A stretch of 64,000 nucleotides of DNA from contig JAJYDM010000001.1 in the NCBI GenBank assembly GCA_021777475.1, positions 18,993 to 82,992 of the forward strand, given 5' to 3'. A program made the translations under genes and the position numbers. This DNA is from Actinomycetes bacterium. GTDB taxonomy: Bacteria; Actinomycetota; Acidimicrobiia; Acidimicrobiales; Acidimicrobiaceae. Below, one piece after another: positions 37,317 through 46,182 of this stretch (its first letter is position 1; each line of letters starts with the position of its first letter). The notes beneath the pieces are model-generated. The model was not told the origin of the DNA and searched no databases. It was given only the letters and a program-made list of their open reading frames with translations.

Positions 37317-38702
37317 GTGGTCAAAGATTTCCGCAGCTGGTTGGATACGCTCGAAAATCACGGTGAGTTGTTGCACATAAAGAAGCCCGTGGACCCAAAG
37401 ACTCAAATGGGGGCTCTGCTATATCAGTCTCGTTCCAAGGCACTTATGTTTCACTCTTTGACCGGTGCTCCTGGCTGGCGTTCGGTCGGCAATGCACCTG
37501 CCAATATGGATCATGTGGCGTTGGCATTTGGAATGAAGAAAGAGGAAGTGGTCCGTTTCTTGGCTGGCAAAATGTCCGAGACGATCCCATGGGAACGCGT
37601 TTCCACTGGGCCAGTCAAAGACGTTCAGCTTGTTGGGGATCAGATCGACCTCACTAAGTGGCCTGTCCATCGTGCCGGGACAAAGGATGGTGGGGAGGTC
37701 ATTGGGTCAGGCATGGTGTTCACAATAGACCCTGAGACTGGCAAGCAGAATGTGAGCATACACAGACTTCAGGTTCAGGGACCGCGCCAGACAGGGATAT
37801 TGATGGTTCCGAGACACACAAGGGCCATTTACTCGAAGTATGAGGCTATGGGTAAGCCGATGCCGGTTTCGGTGGTAATCGGCCATCACCCGCTTTACTA
37901 CATGGCCGCCGCCATCAGTGGTTCGCTCGGTATGGACGAAATGGAGATCGCAGGTGCTCTACTTGGAGAGCCTGTTCAAATGGTGAAATCGGAACTTAGC
38001 GATATCTTCGTACCCGCTCATGCCGAGATAGTAATAGAGGGCCACATTCCCCCATTCCAAAGGGAGGAAGAGGGTCCCTTCAGTGAGTTTCAGGATTATT
38101 ACATCGCAGGAACCGGGAAGAACCCCGTAATTGTCATCGACAAGGTCACAAAGCGGGAAGACGCCATCTTCAAGAATCTGCAAAATGGCAGTGAGATGGA
38201 AGGATGTCTATTCCACAAGTTTCCTTTTGGGGCGGCAATCTACAACCACATACAGAATGTAGGTGGCTACGTGGATCTGGCAAACCTGCTGGTGCTTCCT
38301 GGAATTTTTGGTGTCGTGATTCAGATGACTCCGCGATTTGCCGGCGAAGCAAAGAATGTTGGTCTCGCTGCGCTGGGCAGTCCAGTGCTACATCCCAAAG
38401 TTGTGATCGTAGTCGACACGGATGTCAACATTTACGACTACTGGGAAGTCCTTTGGGCGATCAACACCAGAGTCGATCCAGCCCGTGACGTATCCATTAT
38501 TGACGGAGTCCGGATTCACCCCATGGATCCGACAGGAACGGAGTTGAAGGGTCCTGGTGGTCCCGATTGGCAACGAATCGGAAGCAAAATGGTGATTGAC
38601 GCAACCAAGCCAGCAATTGCTTTTCCGGAAGCCAGAGAAGAGTTCGAGCGTATTCGGCCAATTGGAGACGGTGAAGTCTTCCTCGCTGACTTCTTGGATT
38701 AG
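37317..38702 (+). CDS. UbiD-family (prFMN-dependent) reversible decarboxylase
   Basis: Motifs NVSIHRLQV, the acidic-loop motif EEEGPFSEFQDYY, and VVIVVDTDVNIYD. About 460 aa. The start is either GTG 37317 (RBS GGAGAGGGGAG) or GTG 37299. Confidence 0.88.
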   Translation: MVKDFRSWLDTLENHGELLHIKKPVDPKTQMGALLYQSRSKALMFHSLTGAPGWRSVGNAPANMDHVALAFGMKKEEVVRFLAGKMSETIPWERVSTGPVKDVQLVGDQIDLTKWPVHRAGTKDGGEVIGSGMVFTIDPETGKQNVSIHRLQVQGPRQTGILMVPRHTRAIYSKYEAMGKPMPVSVVIGHHPLYYMAAAISGSLGMDEMEIAGALLGEPVQMVKSELSDIFVPAHAEIVIEGHIPPFQREEEGPFSEFQDYYIAGTGKNPVIVIDKVTKREDAIFKNLQNGSEMEGCLFHKFPFGAAIYNHIQNVGGYVDLANLLVLPGIFGVVIQMTPRFAGEAKNVGLAALGSPVLHPKVVIVVDTDVNIYDYWEVLWAINTRVDPARDVSIIDGVRIHPMDPTGTELKGPGGPDWQRIGSKMVIDATKPAIAFPEAREEFERIRPIGDGEVFLADFLD

Positions 38703-38791
38703 ACCACCTAGGTGCTGGTTCCGATTATCAGTAGGATCGGATTGCAACCTTGCATGGCCGTCATTTCATCGGGGGCCAGTTTACGGGAACT

Positions 38792-38845
38792 ATGAGGTCT
38801 TGTCGGGAGTATAACTCACCGGGAAGACCTCATGACCTATTTTAA
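38792..38845. terminator. Hairpin between convergent ubiD-like and ubiX genes
   Basis: ATGAGGTCTT (38792-38801) and AAGACCTCAT (38824-38833) form a perfect 10-bp stem, followed by GACCTATTTTA. The large 22-nt loop lowers my confidence. Confidence 0.4.
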
Positions 38846-38925
38846 AGGTACCCAGCGAACAGAAGGTGAGTTCTGGTTAGCCACAGGTTGCATCCACTCT
38901 TCCTCAAGAGGAGGCTGGGAGCCGA

Positions 38926-39507
38926 TCATTGTGCATCAGTCCCCGCCCATCGCTTGAAAAGCTCATGCTCAATCCCAAACTGGTCAAGTACTTTACCGAC
39001 AGTCTGTTTGAGGAGATCATCGATGGATTGTGGGCGATGGTAAAAGGCCGGTACCGGAGGCAATATGATTCCACCCGCCAGGGTGACCGTCTCCATATTA
39101 CGAATATGTATGAGGCTCAAGGGCGTCTCCCGCGTGACAAGTACAAGGCGCCTTCGCTCCTTTATGCATACATCCGCCGTTCTTGTTAGTAAATCGGGTG
39201 TGTAGCCGGAGGCGACGGCGGCGAGGGTCCTCATGGAGCAGGGAATGACGACCATTCCCGTGGTCTCGAATGATCCCGATGAGATCGAGGCGCCCAGGTC
39301 CTCTGGGTCGTACACGATGTCCCCGAGCACTTCCACTTCCTTGCGGGTCATTCCCAACTCGTACGCAATGCTCTTCTCGGCCCCCTTGGAAAGAACCAGA
39401 TGAACTTCAATACTGTCCATTTCTTTCAGTGATTGGAGCAGCGTCAACGCGAGTTGTGGTGCACTCGAGCCGGAAATGCCAACGATCAATCTTCTGGTTG
39501 GGCTCAT
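38926..39507 (-). CDS. ubiX: Flavin prenyltransferase UbiX (prFMN synthase)
   Basis: Motifs LIVGISGSSAPQLALTLLQ, VIPCSMRTLAAVA and VTRETPLS. 193 aa. Confidence 0.9.
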   Translation of the reverse strand: MSPTRRLIVGISGSSAPQLALTLLQSLKEMDSIEVHLVLSKGAEKSIAYELGMTRKEVEVLGDIVYDPEDLGASISSGSFETTGMVVIPCSMRTLAAVASGYTPDLLTRTADVCIKERRRLVLVTRETPLSLIHIRNMETVTLAGGIILPPVPAFYHRPQSIDDLLKQTVGKVLDQFGIEHELFKRWAGTDAQ

Positions 39508-39887
39508 ACTCTCTCTGTACCTTCCATGTTTTGGGTTGCCGCCTTAGGTTCCACATCAGGACTGGTCGTATTCGGCGTCAAGCCGAAAGCATTAGTCCAA
39601 TCTGCATCAGTACCACGTCGATCACTGAAATTGAGATTTCCGCAGATATCCATCGGCCGCGGTTGAACATACTTTTAGGTAACTCTATTCATTGTTGCCG
39701 TGAATTCCAACCGTCAGTCGATCATGTTTGGTTCGGTCACGGTCAAATGTCAGCGGCTAGAAGCAGGCTGCAATCGCACTTTTCATATCCCGTTTAATTG
39801 TGGACGCAATTCCTGGGCTGACCATGTCAGGGCTCACCTTATTTGGAGGGTCTGAAGTCGATTGCAAGGAATGCTCGGCGCTTTCCG

Positions 39888-39902
39888 TGCATGTGGCATG
39901 CA
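39888..39902. promoter_or_regulatory. Perfect palindrome TGCATG-TGG-CATGCA followed by CTGCAAT direct repeats
   Basis: Seen directly at 39888-39902. It is followed by ATCTGCAATATCTGCATA. It lies in the 758-nt ubiX/Moco-operon divergent intergenic region. Confidence 0.3.
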
Positions 39903-40137
39903 ATCTGCAATATCTGCATATCAGCGTGTGTTTTTAGGCATAGCGGAAAATCCCAAAGATCCATTTAATTGCGACATATGGCACGTGATACGCTTTGCGG
40001 TGTTGTTAAGATCAAAGTTTAGGGGGGCGTATGATGCACAGGTTGGAGCGCTAGGAGGTTCCGCCAGCTGCCTCGGTGCGCGCATAAGGTCGGATGTCAG
40101 CATCTTCACGTGATGGCAAATCTGCTTAAAGGGCGAC

Positions 40138-40214
40138 CCTAAGAATTGAGTCGAAGTCGGGACTTTCCTAAGAATTGGCGAGTCCTGCAAAGGGTTTTAG
40201 GAATTGAAGAATTG
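40138..40214 (+). promoter_or_regulatory. Three to four copies of a YYTARGAATTG box spaced exactly 29 bp apart, upstream of the molybdenum hydroxylase operon
   Basis: CCTAAGAATTG occurs at 40138 and 40167 (identical 11-mers). TTTAGGAATTG occurs at 40196. An extra AAGAATTG occurs at 40207. A TTGACT -35-like hexamer follows at 40228 and the operon ATG is at 40266. Confidence 0.45.
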
Positions 40215-40265
40215 CCACAGTCAAGGGTTGACTTTTTTGAGGCTGTGGTTTAGGAGGAGGTAGGG

Positions 40266-40748
40266 ATGGGTAACATTGGTAGTCGTGAGATTCTCCGGCT
40301 TTCGGTTAACGGCCGTCAGCATGAGTTGCTTGTAAAGCCTTATGCGACACTGTTAGAAGTTCTTCGGGAAGATCTTCGCCTGACGGGCACCAAGCATGGT
40401 TGTGAAGCCGGCGAATGTGGCGCCTGTGTGGTGCTGGTGGATGGAACCCCGCAGCTAAGTTGCCTCGTTTTGCCAGGCCAAATCGAAGGCAGTGAGGTCA
40501 CTACTATCGAGGGCGTCTCTAACGGGTCGGAACTGCATCCTGTACAACAGGCATTCATGGATCATGGGGCTCTTCAATGTGGCTACTGTACTCCAGGAAT
40601 GGTCCTTTCGTCGAAAGCACTTCTTGATTCAAACCCCTCTCCGACACGGGACGAAATCAATGAGGCTCTTTCGGGAAACTTATGCCGTTGCACGGGTTAC
40701 GTAAGCATTATTGAAGCGGTGGAGGATGCTGGGAGGGCGATGGCATGA
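40266..40748 (+). CDS. [2Fe-2S]-binding small subunit of a xanthine-dehydrogenase-family molybdoenzyme (CoxS/HcrC-like)
   Basis: CEAGECGACVV (plant-type 2Fe-2S) and CGYCTPGMV...CRCTGY (second cluster). 160 aa. Confidence 0.9.
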   Translation: MGNIGSREILRLSVNGRQHELLVKPYATLLEVLREDLRLTGTKHGCEAGECGACVVLVDGTPQLSCLVLPGQIEGSEVTTIEGVSNGSELHPVQQAFMDHGALQCGYCTPGMVLSSKALLDSNPSPTRDEINEALSGNLCRCTGYVSIIEAVEDAGRAMA

Positions 40749-43117
40749 CGACCGTATCCCTTGATGAAAATACTGACTTGCGCGTAATCGGAAAGTCGCT
40801 GCCGAAAGTTGATTCCGTTGGAAAGCTCATCGGTTTGACTGCGTATGCCGACGATATTGAGCTGCCGAACACGCTGTATTGTAAACTTCTCCGCAGTCAT
40901 CATCCCCACGCCAGGATCTTGTCTATCGACAGCAGCGCCGCGTTGGCTATTGAGGGTGTTGTTGCCGTCATAACGGGTGAAGATCTGCCAATCAAGTATG
41001 GCATTATGCCGACAAGCCAAGACGAACACGCGCTTGAATACGAGAAAGTCCGGTTCGTTGGCGATCCAGTCGCTGCGGTTGCTGCGGTCGATGAGGAGAC
41101 CGCGCTGGCAGCTTGCCGGGCCATCCTTGTCGAATATGAGCCGTTGGAGGCGATCGAATCAATTGAGCACGGACTGCTCCCACCATCCGATGAGCCGATT
41201 CACGATTACGCAGGTCCAGGCAATATACACCGTATGGGAGCTTTGGAATTTGGTGAGGTGGACGAAGGTTTTGCCAATTCCAGCTTTATTCGTGAGGACG
41301 TGTTTTTCTACGAAGGCAACACGCACCTGCCGATGGAGCAGCATTCCGCAACTGCGACTTTCGTTGGAGATCAACTGACTCTATGGTCCTCGACCCAGAA
41401 TCCGCATTATGTCCACCGTGCCCTAGCGAGGGTCTTTGAAATGCCAATGGGCCACATTAGAGTTATTGCGGCTCCGCACGGGGGAGGCTTCGGGGGCAAG
41501 TCGGATCCGTTCTCTCACGAAATGGCCGTATGCAAGCTGGCAATGATTACCGGGAGACCCGTAAAATGCACTCTCACCCGCGAGGAGGTGTTTTACGTGC
41601 ACCGTGGCCGTCACCCGGTGTTGATGTGGGTACGGACTGGAGTGGCCAAGGACGGGAAAATCCTCGCGATGCACTTTAAGACTGCTTTGGACGGTGGAGC
41701 ATACGGCTCCTACGGCCCGGCGTCGATGCTATACACCGGAGCATTGCAGACTACTACGTACAACATTCCTGCTTATAGGTTTGAGGGTGTACGTGTGTTT
41801 ACTAACAAGGCGCCTTGTGGTCCAAAGCGTGGCCACGGCACACCGCAGCCCAGGTTCGCCCTAGAGCTTCATCTCGACAAAATTGCGGAAGCGATTGGCC
41901 TCAACCCGGTCGAGTTGCGCAGGCGAAACTACGTTAAGCCTTATACACGCACAATAAATCACCTGCGAATTACCTCCTGTGGAATAGAAGAGGTGACTGA
42001 CAGGGTTGTTGAGGCTTCTGGATTTCTCGACCGCAAGAAGAGGCTTGGGCACGGTATGGGGTTTGCGGTGTCGGCCTACATGTGTGGCGCAGGACTGCCA
42101 ATCTATTGGAACCGCCTGCCCCATAGTGAATGCATCATTCAGGTGAACCGTGGCGGCGTCACGCTCTACTGTGGCGCGACAGACATTGGTCAAGGGTCTG
42201 ACACTGTACTGGCAACTGTGGCAGCGGAGCAGCTGGGACTTTGGCCGACTGATGTGCGAATAGTGAGTGGAGACACCGGACTGGCGCCGGTCGATCTGGG
42301 GTCCTATTCGTCACGCGTCACGTTCATGGCAGGCAATGCCGCGCTCCAGGCTGCCAAAGAGATGCGCGAGATAATTGTCAAGGCTGTGGCGGAAAAGATG
42401 GAGTGCAGCCCTAGCGAAGTAATGGTTGGAGACGGCAAGATCGGTGAGCTGAGCTTCGAAGAGGCCGTCGTCTTGGCTGAGGAGCGTTTTGGTATGCTCT
42501 CCACACGTGGCAGCTACTCGCCGCCGGCCAATATTGGAGGTAAGTTCAAAGCTGCCGGCGTAGGTCCGAGCCCTGCCTACTCCTATTCGGCCGCAGTAGT
42601 CGATCTGGATGCCGATCCATACAGTGGCGAGATCCGGCTAAACAAGGTTTGGATTGCGCATGACATCGGACGTTCCATAAACGCTTTAGCTGTGAAGGGT
42701 CAGGTTGAAGGGGGCGTATACATGGGGCTTTCCGAAGCAATGATGGAAGGTCAACTGTATCGCCACGGACTACACAAACAACCGTCGATGCTTGACTACA
42801 AGGCCTTCACATTTATGGAGATGCCTGAGGTTGAGACTTTTCTCGTGGAAACGATCGATCTCGAAGGTCCTTACGGTGCCAAAGAGGCTGGACAGGGTCC
42901 GCTGCTTCCGGTGATTCCTGCTGTGGTATCCGCCGTCCATGATGCGCTTGGCGTTTGGGTGGATGAAGTCCCGATTACGTCGGACAAGATCATGCGTGCT
43001 ATGGACGCCAAGGTCAAGGGTCGCGAAGGCCGGTACGGACCTAAGATCTTCCCGAACATTTCCTATCCCACTATTGTAAAGGTGCCTCCCTTCGATGCTT
43101 CGTCTTCCGCGTTTTAG
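40745..43117 (+). CDS. Molybdopterin-binding large subunit of a xanthine-dehydrogenase-family enzyme (CoxL/HcrA-like)
   Basis: Motifs PHGGGFGGKSD, DIGQGSDTVLA and GAKEAGQGPL. 790 aa. The start overlaps the small-subunit stop (ATGA). Confidence 0.9.
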   Translation: MTTVSLDENTDLRVIGKSLPKVDSVGKLIGLTAYADDIELPNTLYCKLLRSHHPHARILSIDSSAALAIEGVVAVITGEDLPIKYGIMPTSQDEHALEYEKVRFVGDPVAAVAAVDEETALAACRAILVEYEPLEAIESIEHGLLPPSDEPIHDYAGPGNIHRMGALEFGEVDEGFANSSFIREDVFFYEGNTHLPMEQHSATATFVGDQLTLWSSTQNPHYVHRALARVFEMPMGHIRVIAAPHGGGFGGKSDPFSHEMAVCKLAMITGRPVKCTLTREEVFYVHRGRHPVLMWVRTGVAKDGKILAMHFKTALDGGAYGSYGPASMLYTGALQTTTYNIPAYRFEGVRVFTNKAPCGPKRGHGTPQPRFALELHLDKIAEAIGLNPVELRRRNYVKPYTRTINHLRITSCGIEEVTDRVVEASGFLDRKKRLGHGMGFAVSAYMCGAGLPIYWNRLPHSECIIQVNRGGVTLYCGATDIGQGSDTVLATVAAEQLGLWPTDVRIVSGDTGLAPVDLGSYSSRVTFMAGNAALQAAKEMREIIVKAVAEKMECSPSEVMVGDGKIGELSFEEAVVLAEERFGMLSTRGSYSPPANIGGKFKAAGVGPSPAYSYSAAVVDLDADPYSGEIRLNKVWIAHDIGRSINALAVKGQVEGGVYMGLSEAMMEGQLYRHGLHKQPSMLDYKAFTFMEMPEVETFLVETIDLEGPYGAKEAGQGPLLPVIPAVVSAVHDALGVWVDEVPITSDKIMRAMDAKVKGREGRYGPKIFPNISYPTIVKVPPFDASSSAF

Positions 43118-44081
43118 TTATCTACGACCAGGATCTGTGGCAGAAGCTGCGCAGGTTCTTTCAGAGTACGGATCCCGGGCCAGAGTGGTCGCTGGTGGAA
43201 CAGACCTATTGCCAAAGATGAAGCGTGGCCAGATGGAGCCCGAGGTCGTCATTGGGCTTGGCCATATCAATGAGCTTCGCGGAATCCGGGCCACCGAAGA
43301 TGGCGGCTTTGAGATCGGGGCGTGCGTGACTCTTTCCGAGGTGGTCGCAAGTCCTGAGTTGCGGGCTGCCTATCCCGGCTATGTTCATGCTGCTGCACTG
43401 GTCTCAACTCCGGCATTGCGCAATTCGGGCACAATTGGAGGAAACCTATGTGTCGACACGCGTTGCAATTATTATGACGAGAGTTACGAATGGCGCAAGG
43501 CGCTTGGCTTCTGCATGAAAAAAGATGGGAACATCTGCCGAGTGGCGCCAGCAAGTGCCACCTGTCGAGCCATTGCCTCTTCGGACACCGCACCTGCCGC
43601 AATTTCGATGGGTGCCACCGTGGTGTTGGTTGGACCCAACGGGCAGCGTGAAGTTCCTGTTGAATCATTGTACCAAGACGATGGGCAGTTCTACATGACG
43701 AAAGCGCCAGATGAGATTCTTACCAGCCTGCGGATGCCAAGTCCAGGACATTGGAAGTCGTCTTATGTAAAGGTGCGCAACCGTGGCTCGATTGACTTTC
43801 CATTGGTAGGTGTGGCAGCCGCGATACAGATGAAAGGTTCTCTTGTCGAGGCTTGCCGGATTGTCATTACGGCAGTAGGTCCTCAGCCTTTGGATGTCAG
43901 CCAGGCTGCAGGTGCTCTCGTGGGTAAAGAGATCGACGACACCCTTCTCGAGGAGGTTGCCACCGAGGCTGCAAAGCCAGCGAGGCCTTTGGACAATGCG
44001 GATCTTTCGTATGTCTGGAGAAAGAGGATGACGCGTCGGGCTATCGAGCAGGCGATACGTGAGGCTGCCGAGGTCGGATGA
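43095..44081 (+). CDS. FAD-binding medium subunit with an inserted Cys-rich loop (HcrB-like, predicted extra [4Fe-4S])
   Basis: The motifs VAGGTDLLP and GTIGGNL are typical of CoxM-like subunits. GTIGGNL is followed directly by CVDTRCNYYDESYEWRKALGFCMKKDGNICRVAPASATC, which is absent from ordinary CoxM/XdhB proteins. Confidence 0.85.
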   Translation: MLRLPRFSYLRPGSVAEAAQVLSEYGSRARVVAGGTDLLPKMKRGQMEPEVVIGLGHINELRGIRATEDGGFEIGACVTLSEVVASPELRAAYPGYVHAAALVSTPALRNSGTIGGNLCVDTRCNYYDESYEWRKALGFCMKKDGNICRVAPASATCRAIASSDTAPAAISMGATVVLVGPNGQREVPVESLYQDDGQFYMTKAPDEILTSLRMPSPGHWKSSYVKVRNRGSIDFPLVGVAAAIQMKGSLVEACRIVITAVGPQPLDVSQAAGALVGKEIDDTLLEEVATEAAKPARPLDNADLSYVWRKRMTRRAIEQAIREAAEVG

Positions 44082-44616
44082 AGCTGGTCCAGAAAGTATG
44101 CGGTGACAGGTCTGAAGTCAAGATTCGGAAATGTGGCTGAGTTGAAGATCAGGATTATTAAGACAATTTTGAAAGAGCGCGTGAGTTGAATTGACATGTA
44201 ATTGAGGCAGTGACAGTTGTGCAATTATGGCTCGATTGGACAAATCAGCTAGAAGTCATTGGTTTCTAGCAAGAATTGTGGGCGATGAGTTGCGTGGTTG
44301 AAGTCGAGGAGACGCGGAGCATGGAATTGGAAAAGGCCTGCTCCCGGCTCTTTATCGCGGTATCCGGTTCTGGAAGGGTGTGTTTGCCCTCCCACTGCCG
44401 GTCTAAAGAAAGTGAAGTGTGGGGGATGATCAAAATGTGTGTGACCGGATCAGCCATTGACATTGGAGATGTCGAGCGGACTTCGGAGAGAAGATTTCGC
44501 ATCACCGGAAACGGTCCTGCAGGTGCCATTATTGCAGGCGAGGCTCAGAGAAGCCCGTTTTCGAAGTTTGTGGCTGAAAGGTGTGGTTTGAGGATGTCGC
44601 TCCATGTAGGTGAGAA

Positions 44617-45885
44617 ATGAGTTCGAATTTGGATACCCAGGCAGAAATCAAAACAATTCAGCTGGAGAAGCTGCAATCTGGCATGGAGGAAGTCTTGGCC
44701 TCCAATCCTTTTTATCAAGCACGTCATCACCAGGTGACTAGCTGGGATGATTTCTACGAGCTGCCTTTTTTGATAAAGGCCGAACTCGTGGAGGATCAGA
44801 CAAAGAACCCACCTTTTGGAACAAATCTTACCTATCCTTTGGGCGATTACGTGAGGCTTCACCAGACCTCTGGAAGCTCCGGAGGGCGGCCACTTCGGTG
44901 TCTGGATACCGCAAGATCCTGGCAATGGTGGACGAGCATTTGGGCTAACCACATCTATAAAGGAGCCGGAATCACCAGTGACGACCGGATCTTCTTTGCC
45001 TTTAGCTTTGGACCATTTGTTGGGTTTTGGTCTGCTTACGCAGGAGCCGAACGACTTGGGGCCATGGTCATTCCGGGTGGCTCGATGAGTTCGGAACAAC
45101 GGATACTCGCAATTCTCGATCTTGAGCCCACCGTTCTCTGCTCAACTCCAACCTACGCGCTCAGGTTGGCGGAAGTCGCATCCAAGATGGGAATCGATAT
45201 TTCAAAATCTTCGATCACAAGGACTCTGCATGCGGGGGAACCGGGCGCCAGCATTCCTGGCACGAAGCAGGCCATCGAAACCGCTTTTGGGGCGATTTGT
45301 CTTGACCACACGGGGATGACTGAATTGGGTCCGACAGGCTTCACATGTTCCGAAGGTGACGGTGTCCACTTCATCGAGTCGGAATTTATTTTCGAGGTGA
45401 TACCGGTAGGGACCGATCCTGATCCCCGCAATACACAGTCTGAGGGAGTTGGCGAACTTGTCGTCACTAACCTGGGGCGCTTCTGCTCGCCATTGGTCCG
45501 CTATCGTACCGGTGATCTTGTGGACCTTTCCCGTCAACCCTGCGCCTGTGGCAGTCCTTTTGTCAAAGCAGTGGGTGGAATACGCGGTCGCGTGGACGAC
45601 ATGTTCACCGTTAGGGGAATAAATCTTTATCCTTCGCAGGTGGAAGAGGTGCTTAGGCGATATTCGGAAATAGTGAACTTTCAAATCAGGCATAAAAAAG
45701 TTCGTCATATGGACGAGGTCGCTCTGTTGATTGAAACCCGTGATGGCAGCGACTCGGTGGTTGAGCAGGTTGTGCTCGATTTGCGACACTCTTTTGGTGT
45801 GCGTATCGATTGTGAGTGCGTTCCGTCTGGATCGCTCCCGAGCGACGAAATGAAAGCCAAGCGGGTGGTTCACGTTCAGGGCTGA
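44617..45885 (+). CDS. Phenylacetate-CoA ligase / coenzyme F390 synthetase-family acyl-CoA ligase (PaaK-like)
   Basis: AMP-binding motif HQTSGSSGGRP, then GEPG and YRTGD. The short (~420 aa) PaaK-type architecture. Confidence 0.82.
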   Translation: MSSNLDTQAEIKTIQLEKLQSGMEEVLASNPFYQARHHQVTSWDDFYELPFLIKAELVEDQTKNPPFGTNLTYPLGDYVRLHQTSGSSGGRPLRCLDTARSWQWWTSIWANHIYKGAGITSDDRIFFAFSFGPFVGFWSAYAGAERLGAMVIPGGSMSSEQRILAILDLEPTVLCSTPTYALRLAEVASKMGIDISKSSITRTLHAGEPGASIPGTKQAIETAFGAICLDHTGMTELGPTGFTCSEGDGVHFIESEFIFEVIPVGTDPDPRNTQSEGVGELVVTNLGRFCSPLVRYRTGDLVDLSRQPCACGSPFVKAVGGIRGRVDDMFTVRGINLYPSQVEEVLRRYSEIVNFQIRHKKVRHMDEVALLIETRDGSDSVVEQVVLDLRHSFGVRIDCECVPSGSLPSDEMKAKRVVHVQG

Positions 45886-45972
45886 GTTTCGAGTTGGGCT
45901 GTATGTTGGGCCGATTGTGATAAAAACGGTTTGACTGTGGACCCTGGTTTTGTATCAATTCTGATTTTGCCC

Positions 45973-46013
45973 GGCGTCAAGAGCCGTCTCGCTCTTGACG
46001 CCTTCGCATTTTT
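45973..46013 (+). terminator. Intrinsic terminator after the CoA-ligase gene
   Basis: GGCGTCAAGAGC - CGTCTC - GCTCTTGACGCC forms a perfect 12-bp stem, followed by TTCGCATTTTT. Confidence 0.7.
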
Positions 46014-46182
46014 AACGCCGGTAACCTAATATGTGTGGCGTGCTGGGCTTCTGAGCGTGTCCGAAGGTGAGAAATGAACGACATCACCTCTCCGTGTGTT
46101 GTACGATTTATCGGTAGGTCCTTACTCTGAAAATATCTGGGTCCTGATTATTCGGGTAGTTTTTGTTCACAGGAGATGGGTT

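Noticed and set aside
40138-40214. The regularly spaced repeats could be mistaken for a mini CRISPR array.
   Set aside because: The repeat units are only 11 nt long with 18-nt intervals. There are only 3-4 copies, no cas genes are present, and the location is a promoter. A regulatory array is the better explanation.
45202-45873. 223-aa minus-strand ORF. Similar long antisense ORFs occur at 44545-45099, 46167-46766, 48932-49534, 56196-56795, 23405-24034 and 21442-21975.
   Set aside because: All of them are embedded opposite confidently identified genes (CoA ligase, MIP channel, bicupin, GH76, GT4s). None has a recognisable domain or RBS. They are shadow ORFs.
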